Of a stretch of DNA of 64,000 bases, positions 37,326 to 48,376 are shown one piece after another; position 1 is the first letter of the stretch; each line of letters opens with the position of its first letter. A program made the position numbers and the translations under genes. Source of the stretch: a virus (Duplodnaviria; Caudoviricetes). The notes under the pieces were generated by a model, which was given only the letters and a program-made list of their open reading frames with translations, made no database searches and was not told where the DNA came from. The DNA is taken from IMG/VR virus record IMGVR_UViG_3300020375_000001, positions 96,001-160,000 of that record. The stretch is one strand, 5' to 3'.

Positions 37326-38969
37326 CTACACGGCACGTACCATGAAACCAGACACGCCCAAGTAAAGGTCTTCGTGTTCGGCCTCAATAATCCATACCAC
37401 GCCTACCAATGCACCCGTATCTAACTTCACACCAAAGTTCAGTGTTTGATTCCACGATGAGATTGGATAGCGTTTACGCTCTTCACCTACCACCACATCA
37501 AAGTGGGTTGGTACAGGCGCAGACGATTCAATGGCTTTATCGTACAGCGGTAGCGTTGGACGGAAGGTCTTAGTTAACCACTCGTCCACGGAGTTCGCAT
37601 CTACATCTAACTTAAATGCGTAATCCGATACCGTTACCAGACGCTGTTCCGCGTAGATACCTTCACCATAGGCTTGGCCACCATGGTCTTCGTAATGCAC
37701 TAACCAGCTTACCGTATTCGAGATACGTGGCGGACCAAAGACCACCAGCTTAATGCTTTGTACATGACGATATGGTGCGTACGATGCATCTACTTCGTTC
37801 AGACGGATAGATACAGTAAACGTTTGTTCCACACCCCACAAGGTAGGGTTAAACGTACCCAAAGAACCTTCACCGTACGTAACCAAGTTAGTCACTTCCA
37901 GAATTTCTGAACGAGACAGGTTAGCCAAGAAGTAGCGCGGCTTCCACATACTACCGTCCCAATCAGGGTACACAAACAACTTAAGGTTGTATTCGTGTTG
38001 AGCAGGTAGCGTATGAATGCTGTACTCTTTGGTAATGTGGTTGCTTCCTGTAGCAGATTGCTTCGTTGAGATTTCATTAGCATCCATGCGGTAGCTTAGT
38101 ACCAGAGGATGATTGTAATCAGGCGAAGACGCTACGTAGTTATCCAAACCGTAAACACTAAAACGAGTGCCATCAACTGGATGTGTGACACGGTCACCGT
38201 TATTGTAGATAACCTCTGCCATAAGACCTAACGAGGACACAGGCAGGTTTACAGGAACTTCTAAGACGTTTGAATCAGTACGCATCCATGGGGACTTAAG
38301 ACTGATGCCGCTGACATAGCGAGCACTGTTCAATCCCTTGTTGGACAACGCCGTTTCTACCACGACCATTTCCGTAGTAGAAATCCGACCACCCTGTTCA
38401 TTGAAGATAACGGCGGTAACGATATCGCCGCCGGTCAATGTATGGGTAGTATGGGATTGCTCTGGTGTAAATGCAGTATGAATACCTGGCTCACCCTGCT
38501 GGATAGGCTCAAGACCCACACGGTCATTTAGGTAATTACCAGTGCCGTCGTAGTTCTTCGAAATGACTTCGTCAACTTGTTCGTCATTGTACCCAAGGTA
38601 ATACTTAACATGGTCTGCGTCCTTACGGTACAGACGCAACTTAGCGTCTGCCGTAATAGTAGCTGGAACAACTGAGTTGTCCACATGTAAGACGTAATAC
38701 TCGCGAGGAGTATGACCACCATTACCGAGGAGAACGTCCAAGCCAGACGCATCGATGTTTTGATTAGGAGCCTGCCACGGTTCTACGATAGAAATCCCCG
38801 TGTCAACATTCAGGCTAATGCATCGCATTGGCCCATGGACCCAGCTCCAAATCATGTCATCAACGTTAGGACATACCTGACCAGTCCCGTTCGGGCCGGT
38901 ATAGATGTCCTTTTCAGAATGGACAGTAAAACTTCTGTCCAACTGAATGATAGGTCTTTTAATAGACAT
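37326..38969 (-). CDS. baseplate/virion structural protein (phiKZ gp26-like)
   Basis: Synteny between terminase and sheath; beta-rich 547 aa. Confidence 0.65.
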   Translation of the reverse strand: MSIKRPIIQLDRSFTVHSEKDIYTGPNGTGQVCPNVDDMIWSWVHGPMRCISLNVDTGISIVEPWQAPNQNIDASGLDVLLGNGGHTPREYYVLHVDNSVVPATITADAKLRLYRKDADHVKYYLGYNDEQVDEVISKNYDGTGNYLNDRVGLEPIQQGEPGIHTAFTPEQSHTTHTLTGGDIVTAVIFNEQGGRISTTEMVVVETALSNKGLNSARYVSGISLKSPWMRTDSNVLEVPVNLPVSSLGLMAEVIYNNGDRVTHPVDGTRFSVYGLDNYVASSPDYNHPLVLSYRMDANEISTKQSATGSNHITKEYSIHTLPAQHEYNLKLFVYPDWDGSMWKPRYFLANLSRSEILEVTNLVTYGEGSLGTFNPTLWGVEQTFTVSIRLNEVDASYAPYRHVQSIKLVVFGPPRISNTVSWLVHYEDHGGQAYGEGIYAEQRLVTVSDYAFKLDVDANSVDEWLTKTFRPTLPLYDKAIESSAPVPTHFDVVVGEERKRYPISSWNQTLNFGVKLDTGALVGVVWIIEAEHEDLYLGVSGFMVRAV

Positions 38970-38974
38970 TGTTG

Positions 38975-41503
38975 CTATTCCCCATTATCAGTTTTAATAG
39001 TCAAGTGACCGGTCATGTCAACTCGACCATTTAGATAAAGTAGTGATACCCTATCCATAAACGAGTAAACTTTTTGCGGTACTTCAATTAAGGTACCACT
39101 GGCATGTGGACGAGCCGAAACTAATCCTGACTCCACCGCACCATCAAGTCCAGTTTTAGCAATATCGAACTTCAATAAGTATTCGTACTGCTTTACCATG
39201 GTTTTGATTTTACTATCCAGGATACGGTAATCCGGAATATGCAGTACCCCAGTAATCGCATCGTCCAAAATACGCGCACAGAAGATACTGTACATTTGGT
39301 GGCGATAGGGAATTGGGGATACATTTGTAAATGGTGGTATCGGTGCATGTAGCGTTAGATAGTCACGGACAATCTTGTCGCGGCTCAGTGCGTCAGAGCG
39401 AAGAGACTTTTCTGCACTGGGTGGGATACCAATTGCCTGTAGACGAGGCCTAACCATGGAGATAGAATAAGGTGCACCGTTACGTAGTGACCCATTTACT
39501 CCACGATACTCCTCATGTCTTTCCACATAACTACGTTGCAGATGTTTGTTATCTACATTAGCACGATACAATAACCCACTGTGTAGGTCATACCCGTTCC
39601 CTACATTAATCATGCCGTGGTCAACCCAACCTACGTGTTCAGGTCTACCCCAGTCAACGTATCCTTCACCACCGTCATCGGGGAAGTCGTAAGCTACAAT
39701 AAAGACTTCGTTGTCCCCTTCCGCCTTTAAGTGGGTTGTAGAACTAATCCAGATTGATTGACGATTAATCTCGTAATCAATTCCCTGTACCAATTCTTTC
39801 CCGTTGAGGCGAACGATGATTCTACGGAATGGAAGCTCCATTGTACCGTTGGCATCTACCAGACTAACTTCACCTACACCCTGACGCAGCGGTAGCACAA
39901 ATGTTTTACTCCATGCCCAACCTGAGTGACGAACCACCCATTCATGATTAGGACTAGAATAGTTGTGACGTAGGAAGCCGTCTTTCTGGTCGGTAAAAGA
40001 TACAGACTTGGTAATGTCTACCCAATCCTGCGTCCCATTGAGGCGATGGTACAAACGATACTCGCGGTGACCAGAAGGAACCAATTCCGTATTGTAATAA
40101 TCCGGACAGTCTTCTACAAATTCATCCTCGAAGAATTCAACTAGGGCAGTCTCCCGTTCGGAGTAACCTAAGCCATCGTCTCGAATGCGTTTTATGGCCA
40201 GTACGTTATCGTCTTTATCATACTCCACCATTGTCCCTTTGCGGTATGCCTCAGGTGCTACAATACGCTGAATGCCACCCGTATTAAAAACAGGTTGTTG
40301 GTTATCGGCGCTGTAGTACGCAATGGAGTTGTAACCGTAACAGCGATACAGGTCAATAGTTACCGCACTATCAATCTTAGGTAGCCGCATGACTTTAGGA
40401 TAGGCTGAGCGTTCCAAAGAAGTAATGTCCCACAAACTACAAGAGGTTACTTTACCAGTAATGATATTGTAGCGTTGTTCTTCCGGTAACTTATTTAACT
40501 CGTGTAGACGGTTGTTTTCGAAAATCAGTGGACGTTTGTACCCTGACTCTCTGACAGTGAGGCGAATAAAGGCTTCACCTAACTCCAACTCCTGACGAAT
40601 ATATTCGACCTGGTCGACGTTGACTGAATATGTGGCAGACGCAAGCATCCGCACGTTCTCCGGCTTGTTACGGTTTAACAACAAACCTTTAGTCACCAAC
40701 CCATCCGCATTCTTTTTACAGATACGAATTTCGATGTCATCGTGATACCGAATAGTTTCAGCAACCCCAAGGTCAACCACATACTTACGTGCATTGTCCA
40801 AATTGGAGTAAGCGTAATAAAGGCTGTCCAGAGAGATGTCAATGACTTCTTCAATAGAATCGTCTACACGCACTTCTAGCGTGTCCCCTACCAAAATGTT
40901 AGCAGGTGGCAAACTTTCTACTAAAACACCGTTGTGGATTAACTGAGGCTTCTTACCGTACAGTTTTGCAGCGTGCCACTTATTGTACAAAGTTAGAACC
41001 GCCTGCTCGTTGGAACTAATGCGAGTAATGCCCTCTACCCAAAAATCCAATTCCTCAGATGAGCGCTGCGATGCCCAGTAAGCGTTAGTATAATGATGGA
41101 AGTAAATGTCCTCATTTACCATGTCCACATATTTACTTTCGCGGATTGCCAATAGTACTGTTTTATTATCCAACTGAATGATGAATACTTCATGCAGAGG
41201 AAGGAGCAGACCCTTGGTATTATAAATGTTTATCGTACACTTACTCTCCGAAGATAACCCCGCCAAAGGTAACCAAGTGTTAGTTACCCCTTTAAGGCCA
41301 AACAGTGCTGGAGGATAGTGTCCGATTTGATAGACAATATAGTTGTCTCTGGTTGGTGTTTGCAATTCGTCCCAACCAAGAACGATACGTTCGTATACGC
41401 CACGAACTTTACCGTAACGGACTGGCTTTAAAATTGCCTGACGGTCTTGTTCTGGGGTACACCAAACATTTCGAATGGCATGTTGTTGTAAAAACGCGGA
41501 CAC
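38975..41503 (-). CDS. virion structural protein (phiKZ gp27-like)
   Basis: NVWCTPEQDRQAIL N-terminus and synteny, from recall. Confidence 0.7.
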   Translation of the reverse strand: MSAFLQQHAIRNVWCTPEQDRQAILKPVRYGKVRGVYERIVLGWDELQTPTRDNYIVYQIGHYPPALFGLKGVTNTWLPLAGLSSESKCTINIYNTKGLLLPLHEVFIIQLDNKTVLLAIRESKYVDMVNEDIYFHHYTNAYWASQRSSEELDFWVEGITRISSNEQAVLTLYNKWHAAKLYGKKPQLIHNGVLVESLPPANILVGDTLEVRVDDSIEEVIDISLDSLYYAYSNLDNARKYVVDLGVAETIRYHDDIEIRICKKNADGLVTKGLLLNRNKPENVRMLASATYSVNVDQVEYIRQELELGEAFIRLTVRESGYKRPLIFENNRLHELNKLPEEQRYNIITGKVTSCSLWDITSLERSAYPKVMRLPKIDSAVTIDLYRCYGYNSIAYYSADNQQPVFNTGGIQRIVAPEAYRKGTMVEYDKDDNVLAIKRIRDDGLGYSERETALVEFFEDEFVEDCPDYYNTELVPSGHREYRLYHRLNGTQDWVDITKSVSFTDQKDGFLRHNYSSPNHEWVVRHSGWAWSKTFVLPLRQGVGEVSLVDANGTMELPFRRIIVRLNGKELVQGIDYEINRQSIWISSTTHLKAEGDNEVFIVAYDFPDDGGEGYVDWGRPEHVGWVDHGMINVGNGYDLHSGLLYRANVDNKHLQRSYVERHEEYRGVNGSLRNGAPYSISMVRPRLQAIGIPPSAEKSLRSDALSRDKIVRDYLTLHAPIPPFTNVSPIPYRHQMYSIFCARILDDAITGVLHIPDYRILDSKIKTMVKQYEYLLKFDIAKTGLDGAVESGLVSARPHASGTLIEVPQKVYSFMDRVSLLYLNGRVDMTGHLTIKTDNGE

Positions 41504-41517
41504 GACCTACTCCTTTA

Positions 41518-42399
41518 TTAGCGTAAAAGACTCAGGATGGCACGTTGGTATTGTGCAGGGTCTGCCTTAGTGCGTTGCAGTAGGCGACCAATGTTTGAAT
41601 TGCGTAACGCTCTGTCACCCACAGCATGGTAAACACACGCCATCCATGTTACTGGCATTTCCAGTGCTACGCCCATGACTTCAGGTCCATGGTGCGTAAA
41701 CCACCCCGGCGTTAGAATGCTGAACAGTAGCCCCACATTCATTTTACCCAAACGAGGATTATCCATCTCGTTAGCCATGTACATAGCCAGTTCGTCCAGA
41801 GATTGGAAACTAATTGGGTCAGGGAACATTTGCGTTAGGCGTCCCGCAGGGATACGAGTAACGCGGGCTACAATAGCGACGTTACGTTGCCACACCCGGT
41901 CATTCATTTCTTTTTCTACACAGCTGAGGTAGAAGAACCCCGCTACACCAGCTAAGATAGCTTGTGTTTCTGCATCCAAACCAAGACGACGAGTAATGTT
42001 CTCAGAGAACCACTTACAATATAGTTCTAAAGGTAAGTCAGAAATAGAAGTAAGTTGGTCACGGTAGTCTTCACTTTCCGCCCAACGTAATTCCATGGCG
42101 GCACGCAGTACACGGAAGTTATACTCTGCTCTTTCCTTAACACGATAATCACCATGTTGACTTACCACAGAAATCAGGGGACGGACATCAACATACACAT
42201 CCCCACCATCAACAATGGGATGTGCGAAGAACGGTAAATCACTGTGTTTATCTACCACAGTAAGGACATGGCCAAACCCTTCGGTTTCGGCACCCGCCAA
42301 TTGGCGGTCAGCTTTTGCTAACCGTAGACCACTGATGATTTTATCAACAGCGTATGAACGAAGGGCAATAGCTTCGTACGAATTTTGATAAGGATACAT
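41518..42399 (-). CDS. virion structural protein (phiKZ gp28-like)
   Basis: Synteny; divergent from the sheath gene. Confidence 0.6.
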   Translation of the reverse strand: MYPYQNSYEAIALRSYAVDKIISGLRLAKADRQLAGAETEGFGHVLTVVDKHSDLPFFAHPIVDGGDVYVDVRPLISVVSQHGDYRVKERAEYNFRVLRAAMELRWAESEDYRDQLTSISDLPLELYCKWFSENITRRLGLDAETQAILAGVAGFFYLSCVEKEMNDRVWQRNVAIVARVTRIPAGRLTQMFPDPISFQSLDELAMYMANEMDNPRLGKMNVGLLFSILTPGWFTHHGPEVMGVALEMPVTWMACVYHAVGDRALRNSNIGRLLQRTKADPAQYQRAILSLLR

Positions 42400-42562
42400 T
42401 TTGTCTCCGCTCCCTTTATTAATAATAGCGTCATAAGAAAGTCAGCAATTTATTATTTATCAGTGATTAAGGTACTATACTTATGACGGTCTATGGCAGC
42501 TAGCGGCATATAGCACCTGATTTACCCATTTCAATTTTTTTGCAAAAAAATGGAGTTCGATA

Positions 42563-44623
42563 ATGAATGTATTAAGTGGCGCGCCCACCATACAGTTAGC
42601 AGGTATCCAAGACCTGTCTATCCGTATTCCTTTACCTGAGGGTGAAGCTTTGCCGATGCATTTGCCTTTCTGTGTACTCAACACTGAGCGTGGACCTGAA
42701 TCCACTCAGTTAGTTGGTGGCGCAGATGCAGCGCGAATGTTCGGTGTAAATTCGTTCGACGCATCCAAACAATACGCTAACCATGCTACGATGATGTTTA
42801 ACACCATCAATGCTCGTGGTAACGTACAAATGGTTCGTCGTTATATTTCTGAATCACACGCAAAGGCCAGTGTCCGTCTTGCACTTGAAGTAAGTGCTGG
42901 CGAAGTTCCTGTTTGGGAACGTGACGAAGCTGGTGGTCTGGTTTACGGTGCTGACGGCAAAGCTATCCAAACGGAAGCTGACGGCGTACCTGTAACTACT
43001 TCAGGCTACAATGCTCGTTGGGTAATCATCCCAATCGACGAAACTGCTCCTTTTGGTGCCGGTCAGAAAACTGTAGGTAGCTTTGGCGGTGAGTCTACTA
43101 TCTATCCTTGGATGGATTTTGAAGTATCACACCACGGTTCTTACGGTGACAACATTGGTTTCGCGCTGAGCTGTCCTACTACCGAGACTTTAAGCGGTCC
43201 GGTAAAAGAAGACGTTGTATACGAAAACATGGCGATGATGTATCGTCTGCAGTTCGTAGAGCGTCCTGACAAGCAGTCAAGTCCGAACATCACTCAAACT
43301 CTTATGGGCGGTCAGTACACTGAATTCTGCTTTAAGAAGGGTGCTGTTGATAAGAGCACAGACCGTAACCTGCACATCGACAAAGTACTGCCAAAAGCAT
43401 ACCGCGATGTAGACAGCAAAGGTTTTGCACCTATCTACGGTCCAATGGACAACTACCACGTTTACGAAGCTAACATGCTCGAAGCGTTAGGTATGTTAGC
43501 TGCTGCTGAAGAAGCATCGCCTGAATACATGGGTGAACCCATGGAACCACACATGTTCAATGCCGTTAGCGGTGTTGATGTAAGCGGTGTTCGTTACCAC
43601 ACTTTCAACCTTCAGGGTCCGGAAGCCGGTGGCATCCTTCTTGGTGAAGGCATCTACCATTACGCCAAAGGCGGTTCTGATGGTGACCAAAGCCCTGAAG
43701 CATTTGATGCGTTCGTTAAGAACCTGTTCGATACTTTCGAATTCAACAATGTTGATGAGTTCATGGATTCTGCTGAATTCCCATTCAGTGTTATCTACGA
43801 TTCTGGTTTCTCTATCGAAACTAAGAAAGCGATGTTGGCTCCAATTGGTCTGCGTAAAGACTTGTATGTTGTTCTGTCTACTCAGGACGTAAACAAGCCT
43901 CAGAACACTGCCGACGAAGAACTGTCAATTGCGATTGCATTGCGTGCCCGTGCTCGCCTGTATCCAGAATCAACTCACTACGGTACGTCTACTTGTCGTG
44001 CTATCATCGTGGGTCACTCTGGTAAACTGCTGAACAGCAACTACGACGGCTTACTGCCTCTGACGTTGGACTTCGCAGACAAGTGTGCGGCTTACATGGG
44101 TGCATCCCACGGTTCAATGAAAGAAGAATTCTCTATGGATACTTCTCCTCTGAACAACGTGACGATGTTCCGTGACATCAACTGCGTGTACAAGTCTCCA
44201 CGTGTACGTCAGAAAGACTGGGCTGCTGGTCTGGTTTGGGTACAACGTAAAGACCGCAACGACTTCTTCTATCCTGCGTATCAGACTGTGTACGACAACG
44301 ACACGTCTGTAATCAACTCAGCCATCAACATGATGATTGCTGTTGAGCTTGAGAAGGTCTGTGAGCGTACTTGGCGTAACCTTACTGGTGACACTAAGTT
44401 GACTGATGCCCAGTTCTTCGAGAAGTCTGACAAGATGATTTCTAGCTACACTGCTGGACGTTTCGATGGTCGTGTTACGGTTATCCCTGAAACGTACAAA
44501 ACTGAAGCTGACGAATTACGTGGTTACAGCTGGTCTTGTAAGCTACACATGTATGCTAACAACATGCGTACTGTTGGTACTTACACTGTTACCGCTAATC
44601 GCGCATCTGACTTACAAGCATAA
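42563..44623 (+). CDS. contractile tail sheath protein (phiKZ gp29-like)
   Basis: GIQDLS, P.HLP, RARARLYPESTHYGT, YDSGFS motifs; 686 aa; followed by the tube gene. Confidence 0.85.
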   Translation: MNVLSGAPTIQLAGIQDLSIRIPLPEGEALPMHLPFCVLNTERGPESTQLVGGADAARMFGVNSFDASKQYANHATMMFNTINARGNVQMVRRYISESHAKASVRLALEVSAGEVPVWERDEAGGLVYGADGKAIQTEADGVPVTTSGYNARWVIIPIDETAPFGAGQKTVGSFGGESTIYPWMDFEVSHHGSYGDNIGFALSCPTTETLSGPVKEDVVYENMAMMYRLQFVERPDKQSSPNITQTLMGGQYTEFCFKKGAVDKSTDRNLHIDKVLPKAYRDVDSKGFAPIYGPMDNYHVYEANMLEALGMLAAAEEASPEYMGEPMEPHMFNAVSGVDVSGVRYHTFNLQGPEAGGILLGEGIYHYAKGGSDGDQSPEAFDAFVKNLFDTFEFNNVDEFMDSAEFPFSVIYDSGFSIETKKAMLAPIGLRKDLYVVLSTQDVNKPQNTADEELSIAIALRARARLYPESTHYGTSTCRAIIVGHSGKLLNSNYDGLLPLTLDFADKCAAYMGASHGSMKEEFSMDTSPLNNVTMFRDINCVYKSPRVRQKDWAAGLVWVQRKDRNDFFYPAYQTVYDNDTSVINSAINMMIAVELEKVCERTWRNLTGDTKLTDAQFFEKSDKMISSYTAGRFDGRVTVIPETYKTEADELRGYSWSCKLHMYANNMRTVGTYTVTANRASDLQA

Positions 44624-44639
44624 AGGGGAGTATTAAGAC

Positions 44640-45515
44640 ATGGCTCGTTTATCAAACAAAACGCTGGTTAATAAACCAGACGATACCAGTGCTCTGTTCG
44701 GCGGAGCTACTGGTGGAGCCGTGACTGACCTGCGTTACAGCGGTCAGAGCGGTTTTGCTACTAACCCTAAGTCTCTGGTTAGCAATGCTAACTACGTTAA
44801 GCGTAACGTTATTGCAATCCTGTTGGAATCTCCAACTGGGTTCAACGACCTGCCTAACTCAGAGTTACTTCACGGTACTCTGAAGGCATTGGTTGAGCGT
44901 CACGCTAAACAAATCACCGGCTTGACTTCTACTCTTACAGTAGAATACGTAGCACAGCCTGTGGGCGGTGCGGGTGAAGAGCAAGAAGACGTTTCTAACG
45001 TTACTCGTGCTCGTTCTAACCCAGCGTTCGTATGGCCTGAGAAAGAAGGGATGCCAGTTCAGAAGTTCATCGACTACTGGATTCTTAACCTTCTTGGTGA
45101 CCCTGAGACTAAGGTTCCGCGCGTTGTTCAATACATGGATGGTGAGGTAGGTGACTTACTGCCTGACTACCGTGGCATGACAGTGCTGTTCTTTGAACCA
45201 GACTCAACCCACACGAAAGTTGAAAAGGCGTGGTTGACCACTGCCATGATGCCTCGTGTAGGTGGAACGGTTGAAGGTTCTCGTGACCTGTCTGCTCCGG
45301 GTGAAGGCCTTGAGCATTCAATTGAGTTCACTGGTGTGACTCAAGTAGGTGAAGGTGTTAAACAAACTGCCCAGAAGTTCTTGGACGAAATGGGTCTGAC
45401 GTCTGTTAACACTAACCTGCGTCCTGCTATTGTAGAAGCAGTTTCAGCTGACGTTGAAGCAGCCGAGCAAGGCAATGCGCAGATGATTGATGAAGCAGCG
45501 AAAGAATACGTTTAA
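44640..45515 (+). CDS. tail tube protein (phiKZ gp30-like)
   Basis: Directly downstream of sheath; TVLFFEPD, WLTTAMMP. Confidence 0.8.
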   Translation: MARLSNKTLVNKPDDTSALFGGATGGAVTDLRYSGQSGFATNPKSLVSNANYVKRNVIAILLESPTGFNDLPNSELLHGTLKALVERHAKQITGLTSTLTVEYVAQPVGGAGEEQEDVSNVTRARSNPAFVWPEKEGMPVQKFIDYWILNLLGDPETKVPRVVQYMDGEVGDLLPDYRGMTVLFFEPDSTHTKVEKAWLTTAMMPRVGGTVEGSRDLSAPGEGLEHSIEFTGVTQVGEGVKQTAQKFLDEMGLTSVNTNLRPAIVEAVSADVEAAEQGNAQMIDEAAKEYV

Positions 45516-45622
45516 TCGCTGATTGATTGAATCACATTTCTGGGGAGTCCGAAAGGGCTCCCTAGTTATGCCGTCTAGACAAAAAAAAATAAAGGGGCAC
45601 TTGCCCCTCTACTTAGTAAATA

Positions 45623-46114
45623 TTATTCAGAATCGCTATCTGAATCGTCACCGTCATCCATCTCACCGTACTCTTCGGCATTGTGCTCACGGTCAAGGAT
45701 ATAAAACTTGACAGCAATGTTGTACAAGCCCATGTCCTTAATGAGTCCCTTAGAATGCGTGTGAGGCGGTTCTTTGCTAACTTCCACACCGCTAGTACCG
45801 GCCGATGGTTGTATGTTGATGATAAGTACGTTGTCACCTTGGGCAATTTTCACATCGCCGTTGCTGAAGTTGGTGTTCCACGTTTTCTCATCAAAGTCAA
45901 TGACTGCCTCAATCATCTCTTCGTACATCTCAGTCAGAGAATCCATTTCCAGTAGGTCAGCCCACATGTCATCGAGGTTATCAGCATCAGCGTCAGTTAC
46001 GAAGTCATAGAGCGCAGGGGTAATAGGTAGCAACGTATCTTTGTTGTTAGCGAATTCTTCACCATTGTAGAAATCTAAGATAAACGTCGCAAGTTTACTT
46101 TGTTCAGTTGACAT
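45623..46114 (-). CDS. acidic hypothetical protein
   Basis: 163 aa, strongly D/E-rich. Confidence 0.65.
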   Translation of the reverse strand: MSTEQSKLATFILDFYNGEEFANNKDTLLPITPALYDFVTDADADNLDDMWADLLEMDSLTEMYEEMIEAVIDFDEKTWNTNFSNGDVKIAQGDNVLIINIQPSAGTSGVEVSKEPPHTHSKGLIKDMGLYNIAVKFYILDREHNAEEYGEMDDGDDSDSDSE

Positions 46115-46196
46115 AACTCTTTATCCTGTTATTCGGTTATGAGAAAAAATAAAGGAGGGCCGAAGCCCCCCAATACTCTTGCAGATGGTAGGCTAA

Positions 46197-46667
46197 TTAC
46201 TTAGCCATGCTCGCGAAGTGAGCTTTAACTTTGCTCAGTGCACCGGACGGGCTGGTGCTTTGAGTTTTGTGTTTGACAACCAGGTAGTTTGCACGCTCTT
46301 CTTTAGTAGCAGGTGCGCCGTTACGACCAGGAATTGTAACTTCACGTGAGCGGTCCATTGAGGCCGCCATTTTGTCACCGAAGAACTTAATGGTGCTGGA
46401 GACCGATTGAACGTCTTTGGTTTCACCGAACACGTCTTGTGCGATTTCGCCAGTTGCGTAACCAAGTGCTGCCAGGGTAACCTTTTCTTGTTCTTTGAAC
46501 GACTTCGCCATTTTCGCGTCCATGCCTTCAGGCAGGTTTGCTTCGATGACTGCTTGGATACCTTTAGCATCAGTATCGATGATACCTTCACCAGCATGGG
46601 TCATGTGCTTTTTGAATTCTTCGGCACGGGTTACAACAGCTGCTGGTACTTGATTTTCGTTTGACAT
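46197..46667 (-). CDS. hypothetical protein, probably early and highly expressed
   Basis: Has its own promoter motif (46740-46757), AAGGA SD and terminator. Confidence 0.7.
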   Translation of the reverse strand: MSNENQVPAAVVTRAEEFKKHMTHAGEGIIDTDAKGIQAVIEANLPEGMDAKMAKSFKEQEKVTLAALGYATGEIAQDVFGETKDVQSVSSTIKFFGDKMAASMDRSREVTIPGRNGAPATKEERANYLVVKHKTQSTSPSGALSKVKAHFASMAK

Positions 46668-46739
46668 AGTATTGTCCTTTTATATCATTTGTTTTGAATT
46701 AACAGTTATACATTCGAATGTATAGAGTAAGTTCTCTAT

Positions 46740-46757
46740 GCACCATGATGATATATG
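46740..46757 (-). promoter_or_regulatory. candidate early promoter motif
   Basis: CATATATCATCATGGTGC. Confidence 0.55.
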
Positions 46758-46830
46758 TATCAAATTATCTTAAATACGTTATATCATTGTTTCTCATACA
46801 AGGTGAAGTGTGTGTATTTTTTCACCTTGC

Positions 46831-47223
46831 TTAGCTCAGGGCTAATTTCTCACTAGCTACCCAATCGTTCTGGTATTCACGTTGGTAATCCTGCTCACCG
46901 GCAAAGTCCGTAGTGAAAGATGCCATGCGTGGGCGAACGACGTCATCCAGCCCAAGTTGAGTAGCAGTTTTCATGTTATACTTAAAGTATATTTCAGAAA
47001 ACAACAATTCATCGTGGTTGGTAACTACTACGTTTGTACGATGCTTTAGGAAGCTTTTCTTCCATGCATCAAATGAATTTTTCACACCACAGATACGTCC
47101 ACTGAATGACACCACCCAGCAAAGCATTGAGAAGTCTTTTTGAACGTTACCACTTGGTTGAGTGCGCACTGCTTTTCCGTACCAAGACCGGAATTCTTCG
47201 GTTTGATGTAATTCTTGCATCAT
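46831..47223 (-). CDS. hypothetical protein
   Basis: 130 aa ORF. Confidence 0.6.
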   Translation of the reverse strand: MMQELHQTEEFRSWYGKAVRTQPSGNVQKDFSMLCWVVSFSGRICGVKNSFDAWKKSFLKHRTNVVVTNHDELLFSEIYFKYNMKTATQLGLDDVVRPRMASFTTDFAGEQDYQREYQNDWVASEKLALS

Positions 47224-47579
47224 AGTTCCCCTAAATAAGTAAAAGGTATTCCTTTGGCTTCTGCGACCTTTTGGAATATATCTCTAAGTAAGTACCGATG
47301 GCAAAACTCTCCGGAAGGACAGTAACAACCAATGGCAAGAGTTTCATGAGACAATAGCCTGTCCCACTCATCGGGATGGTTTCTCAGACTGTCTCGCATT
47401 AAAGCATAGAAGCTTTCCGTGTACTCCTCTTCCGTTATTAGCTTACTTTTATATTTCGCTAACAGTGGCCATGTAGGAGCAAACAGTTTGTTTCCCGATT
47501 TAACCGTGACGTCTTCAAACGGAATGTCTAGTTCCTTTGCTCGTCTCCAGCTCTGTACCCGTATTGTGTATAGTTTCAT
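47220..47579 (-). CDS. DUF488-like protein
   Basis: LFAPTWPLL...EEYTESF...LAIGCYC...FCHRYLL. Confidence 0.7.
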   Translation of the reverse strand: MKLYTIRVQSWRRAKELDIPFEDVTVKSGNKLFAPTWPLLAKYKSKLITEEEYTESFYALMRDSLRNHPDEWDRLLSHETLAIGCYCPSGEFCHRYLLRDIFQKVAEAKGIPFTYLGEL

Positions 47580-47655
47580 GAAATACCTCCACTACGTCAT
47601 AAGAGAGGCGTCCTCTCGAACACCCCTCAAGAACACAACGTATAGGACATTTTAT

Positions 47656-48375
47656 TTAACCACAGTTACTGCGTTGAACGATGAATGTTCGTGTAGGTTC
47701 GAATACCTGCCCGACCCAACCAACACCGTCCCTGTAGTATATATTACCTAAAACTAGACCTTGTTCCATATTGGTATCTATTGAATATAGCATACCGTTA
47801 AGAAACTCCTCAGCCTCATTATCTTTAAGGATTACGCTACGACGTTCGCGCTCCTCATCAATGTAGTCAGAGTCACGGTCAGTTTGGTAATACCTCTCAG
47901 GGTCTTGTAAAGCTGGTTCTCGAGCAGAAATACAATCGTACAGTCTGTCCACATCAAAGCAATCGGCAACCCTGGATTTATCGAGTCGGTATCGTTTACG
48001 TATCCGTTTTACATGGGGATAGGTAAAGATGAACTCTTGTTTAAGTGTCCAGAATTTATCTTTTACAATCATAGTGGCAGCGTTTTTTGTAATGGACGGG
48101 TATTCGTGTTCACGTAACGCGAAACCAGTTCCTGCTCGTAGGTCATCCAAAGTAATTAAATCCGACATCTTTTTTGTCTCACCATTACTAAACGTTTCGT
48201 ACGTGGTGAGTACTTCATAGTTGTCGATTAATATTTGGGTTATTGTGTCAAACTCAGAATCGGTTATGAAGCTATCTAAGTCTGGTCTTAAGTAATAGAT
48301 GTACGATGCCATCAACCATATACGTATTGCGTGCGGAACGTTCGCATCTGATATGGTGAATCTATCATGTATCAT
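47656..48375 (-). CDS. Nlig-Ia (NAD+-ligase domain Ia-like) domain fused to an unknown domain
   Basis: WLMASYIYY...FITDSEFDTITQIL resembles the YY..D.P.ISDAEYD.L pattern of LigA domain Ia. Confidence 0.6.
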   Translation of the reverse strand: MIHDRFTISDANVPHAIRIWLMASYIYYLRPDLDSFITDSEFDTITQILIDNYEVLTTYETFSNGETKKMSDLITLDDLRAGTGFALREHEYPSITKNAATMIVKDKFWTLKQEFIFTYPHVKRIRKRYRLDKSRVADCFDVDRLYDCISAREPALQDPERYYQTDRDSDYIDEERERRSVILKDNEAEEFLNGMLYSIDTNMEQGLVLGNIYYRDGVGWVGQVFEPTRTFIVQRSNCG

Positions 48376-48376
48376 A

